From Pseudomonadota bacterium (GTDB lineage: Bacteria > UBA10199 > 2-02-FULL-44-16 > JBDRGF01), in assembly GCA_043818055.1 (NCBI GenBank), contig JBDRGF010000147.1, positions 1 to 23,854 of the forward strand: a stretch of DNA of 23,854 bases. The letters are read 5' to 3'. Under the pieces are notes generated by a model that ran no database searches, was not told where the DNA came from, and worked only from the letters and a program-made list of their open reading frames with translations. Position 1 is the first letter of the stretch. Each line of letters begins with the position of its first letter. Position numbers and translations under genes: made by a program. Shown here in pieces: positions 17,766 to 23,854 of the stretch.

Positions 17766-17802
17766 TCCGATTTATTGACATCGGATTAGGTCATGATATG
17801 AG
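17766..17802 (+). promoter_or_regulatory. Putative sigma70 promoter of deoC with an overlapping palindrome
   Basis: TTGACA (17775-17780), N16, then TATGAG preceded by TGn. TCCGAT-N8-ATCGGA (17766-17785) overlaps the -35. Confidence 0.5.
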
Positions 17803-17832
17803 GGAATTAACGCTATTTTAGGAAGGGGGACT

Positions 17833-18474
17833 ATGAATCTAGCCAGTTATATCGATCATACCCTGTTAAAACCAGAGGCAACTCCAAAGGATGTCGAGCA
17901 TTTGTGCAAGGAGGCTGTAAAGCACAATTTTGCCGCTGTTTGCGTCAATCCGATCTATGTCAGGCTATGCTCAACTTTGATCTCCGGCAGCCCGACCGGC
18001 CTGGCGACCGTCGTTGGATTCCCGCTGGGGGCGAATACAAGCTCAATAAAGACCAGAGAGGCGTGGGAGGCGATAAACGATGGCGCGACTGAGATCGATA
18101 TGGTCATCGCCCTCGGTTTCTTAAAGGCAGGGCGCTATAAAGAGGTTGCGAACGATATCGCTGAAGTTGTGAGGATATGTGAGGATAGATGCGTAAAGGT
18201 CATATTTGAGACGGCCCTTCTCACCAAAGAGGAGATCATCAAGGCCTGTGATATTTCGATCTCAGCGGGTGCTAAATTTGTCAAGACCTCCACCGGTTTT
18301 TCATCGCGTGGAGCGACGCTCGAAGATATCGAAATCATGCGAAAGGCAGTTGGAGCTAAATGCAAGATCAAAGCAAGCGGCGGAATAAGGACGCGCGATC
18401 AGGCCCTTGCCATGATCAAAGCCGGCGCCGACCGAATCGGCACATCGAGTGGAGTATTAATTGTAAATGGGTAG
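17833..18474 (+). CDS. deoC: Deoxyribose-phosphate aldolase
   Basis: IDHTLLKP, VVGFPLG, GATEIDMV, KVIFET, FVKTSTGF (Schiff-base Lys), IKASGGIR, RIGTS. Confidence 0.97.
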   Translation: MNLASYIDHTLLKPEATPKDVEHLCKEAVKHNFAAVCVNPIYVRLCSTLISGSPTGLATVVGFPLGANTSSIKTREAWEAINDGATEIDMVIALGFLKAGRYKEVANDIAEVVRICEDRCVKVIFETALLTKEEIIKACDISISAGAKFVKTSTGFSSRGATLEDIEIMRKAVGAKCKIKASGGIRTRDQALAMIKAGADRIGTSSGVLIVNG

Positions 18475-18508
18475 TTTTTAAACGATAACCAATAATCTAT
18501 TAAATGTA

Positions 18509-19351
18509 ATGGAATATTCATCATATTTTCAAGAAGTCGAAAAGAGTGTCAAATGGTTTGAGAAAAGGATCTTTTCAAACCCTGAGGTTCTACTGGTCTT
18601 ATCAGGCGGGCTCGACGAATTTTTGAATCTGCTTGAGGATAGGATAACAATTCAGAGCGAGGACATACCTAATTTTCCAAAGAGCTGTGCCGAGGGTCAT
18701 AAGGGGAGCATACACTTTGGGAAATATAAAGGGGTGAATCTGGCGCTCATGCAAGGAAGATATCACTATTACGAAGGACATTCTCCGCAAGCAGTTGTCT
18801 TTCCCTATTTTGTCTTTCATGGCCTTGGCATCAAGACTCTCATTTCAACGAATGCTGTTGGGGGTATCAGGAAGGATTTGGCCCCAGGTGACATAATGAT
18901 GATAACCGATCACATCAACATGATGGGAATAAATCCGCTGATAGGTATCGCGGTTAAACGGGATGAAAATCAGTTTACGAGCATGATAGATGCATATGAC
19001 CCTCTCTTGCGGAAGTTGGCTTTGAGCGCTGCTAAAAAAGAGGGCATCGATTTGAAGGAGGGCGTGTATCTTGCCACATCGGGTCCAAGCTATGAGACAC
19101 CATCTGAAATAAAGGTGTTCAGAATGATGGGGGCGGATACTGTCGGAATGTCGACTGTTCCATCGGTCATTGCATGTCGTTTCTTGGGTGTAAGAGTGCT
19201 TTCATTTTGCTGTATTGCCAATAAGTCAGCAGATTTGCACGAGGGCCAGATGCAACACTCCAAAGTTTTGCAAGCGGTAAATCAGATGTCGCCAAAGGTT
19301 GTAAAATTGCTACTCAAGCTGATTCCGGAGATTGGGGAAAAGCGCATGTAG
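18509..19351 (+). CDS. punA: Purine nucleoside phosphorylase, trimeric (PunA/XapA) type
   Basis: GH.G, QGRYHYYEG, TNAVGG, DHIN, GPSYETPSE, GADTVGMSTVP; adjacent to deoC. Confidence 0.88.
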   Translation: MEYSSYFQEVEKSVKWFEKRIFSNPEVLLVLSGGLDEFLNLLEDRITIQSEDIPNFPKSCAEGHKGSIHFGKYKGVNLALMQGRYHYYEGHSPQAVVFPYFVFHGLGIKTLISTNAVGGIRKDLAPGDIMMITDHINMMGINPLIGIAVKRDENQFTSMIDAYDPLLRKLALSAAKKEGIDLKEGVYLATSGPSYETPSEIKVFRMMGADTVGMSTVPSVIACRFLGVRVLSFCCIANKSADLHEGQMQHSKVLQAVNQMSPKVVKLLLKLIPEIGEKRM

Positions 19352-19424
19352 TATGAATAGTTAAATTCCAAATAAAAGCCACATTCTAAATTTCAGACAG
19401 AAGGTTGCTCTTCAGCCTTAATCT

Positions 19425-20333
19425 TCAATCAATCAGCGTCTGTTCTTCGATATTGCGATGTTTTATACGAGTGCCTGCGGTCTTTTTTGTCTTTTTTTCT
19501 TCCAAGTTCACCACATCGACAATCATTGCAGTTGCGTTGTCCTTTGCGATAATCTTTCCGGATGTGGATGATCGCTCCGGAGGGGCTGCCTTTATAGTAT
19601 CCATCATCTGGTCGATAGCCTCCTTTGAATTTTTGATCTTCAGAAAGGATTCTATTTTATCATCTGATAGCACCTTCGTCACACCATCCGTACAGAGGAA
19701 AAAACGGTCGTTCTTATAATACGACATCACATAGATATCTGCTATCGCCTTATCCTTCCCTCCTCCCAGACTCCTTGTGATGATGTTTCTTTTCGGATGC
19801 ACCTTCGCCTCTTCTTTTGTGATCTCGCCATCCCTCACCATTTGATCGACCTTTGAATGAGATCGCGTCAACTGTCTTAGCGTCTGTTCGCTGTAAAGAT
19901 AACAGGGCGAATCCCCTACGTTGAGTACATACGCCTTTTTACCCCGAAACAGCACGAGCACCAGAGTGCACCCCATCTTTTTGAATGCAAGTCTGTCTGT
20001 CTCGTCAACCAATCCTTCGTGAATCTCTTTGACTACCGTCTGTAAAATCTCTTCATATTCATCGATTGAGGCATCCCCGGAATCTGTTGGAAAGATCGTT
20101 ATATCCTTTGTCTCCCCTGTATCTGAAAATAAGGCATCAATCGTTTTTATTAGTTTAAAAGTCAATTCAGATGCGAATTTGCTGGCATACGCTCCACCTT
20201 CGAGTCCCCCCATGCCATCAGCTACGAGATAGAGTTTAGCCTTCTCATCTATGAAATAATAATCCTGATTATCCTTTCGTTCCAGCTGTTCTGTAGAGGC
20301 ATAGCACCGAATCGATGGGGATTTGTTGACCAT
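19425..20333 (-). CDS. PP2C/PPM-family Ser/Thr protein phosphatase (Stp1/PrpC-like)
   Basis: RKDNQD, LVADGMGG, GCTL, NVGDS, HPKRNIITRSLG, LCTDGV, DNAT; AGGAG RBS before ATG 20333. Confidence 0.93.
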   Translation of the reverse strand: MVNKSPSIRCYASTEQLERKDNQDYYFIDEKAKLYLVADGMGGLEGGAYASKFASELTFKLIKTIDALFSDTGETKDITIFPTDSGDASIDEYEEILQTVVKEIHEGLVDETDRLAFKKMGCTLVLVLFRGKKAYVLNVGDSPCYLYSEQTLRQLTRSHSKVDQMVRDGEITKEEAKVHPKRNIITRSLGGGKDKAIADIYVMSYYKNDRFFLCTDGVTKVLSDDKIESFLKIKNSKEAIDQMMDTIKAAPPERSSTSGKIIAKDNATAMIVDVVNLEEKKTKKTAGTRIKHRNIEEQTLID

Positions 20334-20413
20334 AGATTTTCTCCTTTTTTTAGTTTGCTGATTATAGTACAATCGGCGCAAATTTGAAAGAAGCAATTAA
20401 ACATGGGGGGGTT

Positions 20414-21469
20414 ATGATAGATAACGAATCGACAAGAATGGAGTCAGAAGTCCAGGGGCTAAGCGAGATTTTAAAGAACTACATCGTAATTCGGGACTTA
20501 TCGGAAAAAGAAGAGCCAAGCCAATGGACAAAGTCTCAATTCGCGATAGATACGCGAACAAACGAAAAGGTGCTTATATCGAAGCTCGATCCGATAAAAT
20601 TCAAAGTTTATTACAGCGTGATACCGCAGTCAGGATTGCAAACCGACGAAGAGCGCGAGGAGATCAGGAAAAAAGCGCAGGAGAAATACGAGAGCGAGCT
20701 CAGAGGGTTCGTCGAACGCTATAAGAAGGTCGCAGGTTTATCTCACCCAAACATAGCAAAGGTCATAGATGTCGGGATAGACCAGAACAAAGAGGCGATA
20801 GTCGTCACAGAGAAGGTTGAAGGGGTTCCGATTTTCGATGCTACAGATGGTATGAGCATTTTGGGGATGATACCTATATTTTTGGATATCCTGCAGGCCT
20901 TAAACTTCATCCACAGCAAAGATATGCTTCACCTGAACCTCAAATCCAGTCGTATCTTAGTCAAAGCGGATTATCCTTCGCAGACAAAATTAACAGATTA
21001 TGGTTACGCGATCGATACAGGCAACATACCCGACAGGAGATATGGCTCAGCGACCACAGCCGCGCCGGAGGTGTTGATGGGAGAGATCGAAAAGATCGGC
21101 GAAACGGCGGATCTGTATTCCTTCGCTGTGATCGCCTATTATTGCATGTGCAGGAATGTAGCCTTCAAGGCACGGGGAGGAATCTCCGACATCCTCAAAT
21201 TGAGGGACATCGTGAAGAATGAGCATGAACCTATGTATCCATCGAAAATAAATACGCTCATGCTTCAAAAGGAGTGTGACAAGGAATCTGCCGGCAAGAT
21301 ACAAAAGCTGGAAGGAATAATCATGGATGAGTTAAAACCCAATCCCGACGACAGGCCGGTTAAGACGGCGAGGGAACTTGCCAAGAAAATATCCGAACTT
21401 TTTCAAGATGAACTCAATAAAAAGAAATTTGGCGACACGACTACATCCAAAAGTTTATCGTCATTGTAG
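20414..21469 (+). CDS. Hanks-type kinase-fold protein, probable pseudokinase
   Basis: HPNIAKV, APE and ADLYSF are retained. The catalytic loop is HLNLKSSRIL (Asp to Asn, Asn to Arg), DFG is DYG, and there is no Gly-rich loop or canonical VAIK. A G-run RBS precedes ATG 20414. Confidence 0.88.
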   Translation: MIDNESTRMESEVQGLSEILKNYIVIRDLSEKEEPSQWTKSQFAIDTRTNEKVLISKLDPIKFKVYYSVIPQSGLQTDEEREEIRKKAQEKYESELRGFVERYKKVAGLSHPNIAKVIDVGIDQNKEAIVVTEKVEGVPIFDATDGMSILGMIPIFLDILQALNFIHSKDMLHLNLKSSRILVKADYPSQTKLTDYGYAIDTGNIPDRRYGSATTAAPEVLMGEIEKIGETADLYSFAVIAYYCMCRNVAFKARGGISDILKLRDIVKNEHEPMYPSKINTLMLQKECDKESAGKIQKLEGIIMDELKPNPDDRPVKTARELAKKISELFQDELNKKKFGDTTTSKSLSSL

Positions 21470-21480
21470 TTCGATATAAT

Positions 21481-23854
21481 ATGGATATAACAAGACTTTC
21501 CCCAGGCACGATAGTAGATAACAACCGAATCGAACGTGAAATCGGCAGGGGTGGTTTTGGAGTCGTGTATTTAGCTTTTGATCTGGAACGCAAACGACAA
21601 GTAGCATTGAAATTTCTGAATAGGGAATCACTTCTCGAATCATTCAAAATCAAGCACTCTGATAATCAATTAACACAAAATCAATTTGAAGAAAGATTTT
21701 CAGAGCATTATCTCAATGTTACTGAACGTTTTAAAGAGGAATATCAAAAACAATTGACAAGCGCCCGGCATCCTAACATTGCCACTGTTTATCAATTTGG
21801 TTTTTTCGAGGGACTCTTCTTTTTTACATCCGAATATATAGAGGGATACGATATTTTCGTTTTCACAAGAACTCTGTCCGAAGAAGGCATGATTCCTCTC
21901 TTTATACAAATGCTCGAGGGCTTGCAGTTCATTCATGATAACGGTCTGCTTCATGGTGATATCAAGCCTGAAAATATTCTGATAAAAAAGGAAAATGATA
22001 AATCAGTTGCTAAAATAATTGATTTCGGAATTGCAACAGCAATCACAGGAGACAAAAAACAACTGTTGGGCACACCTATGTATGTCTCTCCTGAAATTAT
22101 GTTGCAAAAACCAGATCAGATCGGCATCACATCTGATCTCTTTTCCGCCGCGGCTCTCATGTACTACTGCTTATCGAACACTTATCCCTTTTTGGATAGA
22201 TATGGATGGGATAACAAAGCCAAAAAATTAGCACAGATTATTGAAAAAGAATCCCCGCCGAAGACTCTAAAGAAGCTAATCTCATCTATGCCCGATTATC
22301 TCAACACCATCGTGATGAGATTGCTGGAAAAAGAAACTCACAATCGTTTTTATGGAAGCGCAAGAGCCGTGATAAACGCTTTAAAAACCCGCGCTCCAGA
22401 TGATTTCAAAGAAAATCTGGAAAGTAAATCATCATACCTGATTTCAAATGTGCATATAGGTCAGGAAGATGAGCGGAATCATATCAAAGAAGCTCTAAAT
22501 CTGCTCACATTGGGAAACCAGCCTTCGCCTTTTTCAATCTTCTGTATCTCCGGTGAAACAGGGTTTGGCAAGACCGGCTTTCTCAACGATATAAAGGAAG
22601 TCGCGGAGAAGAACGCAGAAAAATTATCATTGCATTCGATCAGACTTCCCGCCGACTTTGACAGTTTGCAGTCATGGGTTAATCGTCTTTCAATCACGAT
22701 TGACAAAAATATAAAGCCTCTGATTTTACTGATCGACGACCTGCATCTTTTGAATTGCAATCAATCTGAATCTAAGAACTTCATGAATTCAATAGTCGGT
22801 TTATCAACTTTTCTGATTGAAAGAGAAAATCACCCTGCACTACATTTAACAACAAAACCGGTCATCATATGTTTTTCGACCCATCCTGAATATCTCACTT
22901 CTTCGTTGGTCTTTGAATTATCAAAGATCAAAAACATACCGATGAAGAGAATCGATTTACAACCATTTTCGGAAGAGGATGTGAGAACCTTTCTTAATTC
23001 AACGGTAGCGTTGAAAGACAAAGAAATTTCACCCGATTGGATAAAAACTCTCTTACATCAGACAGGAGGTGTGCCAGCCGAACTATGCGAATGCCTTATT
23101 CAAAGAGATAGCCAGGGTTTGTTGTTTGATCTCGAAGGAAAGGTGCATTTTTTTTCAGCACCTTTGCCTGAGGTTATTAAAACTCAGAACAAAATCCCTC
23201 TCACATCTGAAACGCGCTTGTTGAAGAAATATGATGAACTGATACAACAGGAAAAAAACCTCTTAGATTTTATATCCGTTTGGAGTTTTAAATCGTTGAC
23301 TCCCCCACCTCGATTAACCGATCTAAAACACTTTTTTCCTGGGATGAGATTGACTCAAATGCTGACTGACCTTATTCAAAAACAAATTTTAAACTCCCAG
23401 ACATATAATTTTGACAATCCGTATTTTTCGGACATCATCTATAAAAAGGTGGACGACAAAGAGCGACAAAGATTGCACAGCCAGATATCCTTTTATCTAA
23501 AAACCGTATCCGCGCCACAGGGGTCAATCCTGCTTCACTCAGGATTCAGCGGAAAAGATATCACATCCAAATCCAGCCTGATCAAGCTGGCAAGACATCT
23601 TATCTTTCGAAAGGGATGTGTTTCACTAGCCGGGGAAATTTTAGAGCATTCCATTGAAAATGATGGCAATGTCGAGCTTCATATTTATATGAACATCCTT
23701 TTGATACATGCACATTATTATGCGGGTGAATATGAGATAGCAGAACAACTTTATAAAAAATTTTCTGAAACGGTTGATTCCATCCCACAGATATTGTTAT
23801 TGAGGCTTTATTCAGCGATATTACCAGTATATATCGCACTGAAACGATTTGATG
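21481..23854 (+). CDS. Ser/Thr protein kinase fused to a STAND-type P-loop NTPase and a helical (TPR-like) region; 3'-truncated by the window
   Basis: Absent from the ORF track because it has no stop in the window. Hand translation from ATG 21481: IGRGGFGVVY, VALK, HPNIATV, HGDIKPENIL, DFG, GTPMYVSPE, SDLFS; then IGQEDE, Walker A GETGFGKT (22552-22575), Walker B LILLIDD (22720-22740), TGGVP (GxP, ~23062). Confidence 0.93.
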   Translation, partial: MDITRLSPGTIVDNNRIEREIGRGGFGVVYLAFDLERKRQVALKFLNRESLLESFKIKHSDNQLTQNQFEERFSEHYLNVTERFKEEYQKQLTSARHPNIATVYQFGFFEGLFFFTSEYIEGYDIFVFTRTLSEEGMIPLFIQMLEGLQFIHDNGLLHGDIKPENILIKKENDKSVAKIIDFGIATAITGDKKQLLGTPMYVSPEIMLQKPDQIGITSDLFSAAALMYYCLSNTYPFLDRYGWDNKAKKLAQIIEKESPPKTLKKLISSMPDYLNTIVMRLLEKETHNRFYGSARAVINALKTRAPDDFKENLESKSSYLISNVHIGQEDERNHIKEALNLLTLGNQPSPFSIFCISGETGFGKTGFLNDIKEVAEKNAEKLSLHSIRLPADFDSLQSWVNRLSITIDKNIKPLILLIDDLHLLNCNQSESKNFMNSIVGLSTFLIERENHPALHLTTKPVIICFSTHPEYLTSSLVFELSKIKNIPMKRIDLQPFSEEDVRTFLNSTVALKDKEISPDWIKTLLHQTGGVPAELCECLIQRDSQGLLFDLEGKVHFFSAPLPEVIKTQNKIPLTSETRLLKKYDELIQQEKNLLDFISVWSFKSLTPPPRLTDLKHFFPGMRLTQMLTDLIQKQILNSQTYNFDNPYFSDIIYKKVDDKERQRLHSQISFYLKTVSAPQGSILLHSGFSGKDITSKSSLIKLARHLIFRKGCVSLAGEILEHSIENDGNVELHIYMNILLIHAHYYAGEYEIAEQLYKKFSETVDSIPQILLLRLYSAILPVYIALKRFD

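Noticed and set aside
19401..19419. Hairpin AAGGTTG-ctctt-CAGCCTT between the convergent punA and PP2C genes
   Set aside because: The stem is weak and has no clear U-tract; not enough to call a terminator.
20334..20413. Overlapping extended starts of the PP2C (20396) and the pseudokinase (20384)
   Set aside because: Better RBS-ATG pairs at 20333 and 20414 leave a normal 80-bp divergent intergenic region.
410..23839. Numerous 60-165 aa antisense or alternate-frame ORFs
   Set aside because: All overlap well-supported longer genes and show no motifs; those beyond 21441 shadow the unlisted kinase-STAND gene.
19425..23854. Assignment to TerY-P, a named Avs type or a type VI secretion PpkA/PppA/Fha locus
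   Set aside because: No vWA/TerY or T6SS structural genes are in the window and the C-terminus is not visible, so a named-system call is unsupported.

Overview
Bacterial chromosomal window. The gene content (sigma54 activators, Hanks kinases, FHA protein, partner-switch module) suggests a deltaproteobacterial-type organism; this is an inference. In order: (1) the 3' part of a very large, extremely Lys/Arg-rich orphan protein whose frame is open from the window edge; (2) a signalling operon of PAS histidine kinase, two NtrC-family sigma54 response regulators, STAS anti-anti-sigma, RsbW-like kinase and GAF-PP2C phosphatase; (3) a structured intergenic repeat, then folC and polA; (4) an AT-rich orphan HExxH lipoprotein-like gene and a coiled-coil/FHA gene on the minus strand; (5) an intergenic region with a candidate ~60-nt C-rich small RNA that has its own promoter and terminator; (6) deoC and a purine nucleoside phosphorylase; (7) a PP2C phosphatase divergent from a tandem pair of paralogous kinases. 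The first kinase is a probable pseudokinase. The second is an intact kinase fused to a STAND NTPase and a helical region; it runs off the window and is absent from the ORF track. The best leads are the phosphatase/pseudokinase/kinase-STAND module, the candidate sRNA with its sigma28-like promoter motif, and the giant basic protein. No rRNA, tRNA, CRISPR array, transposase or integrase was seen.
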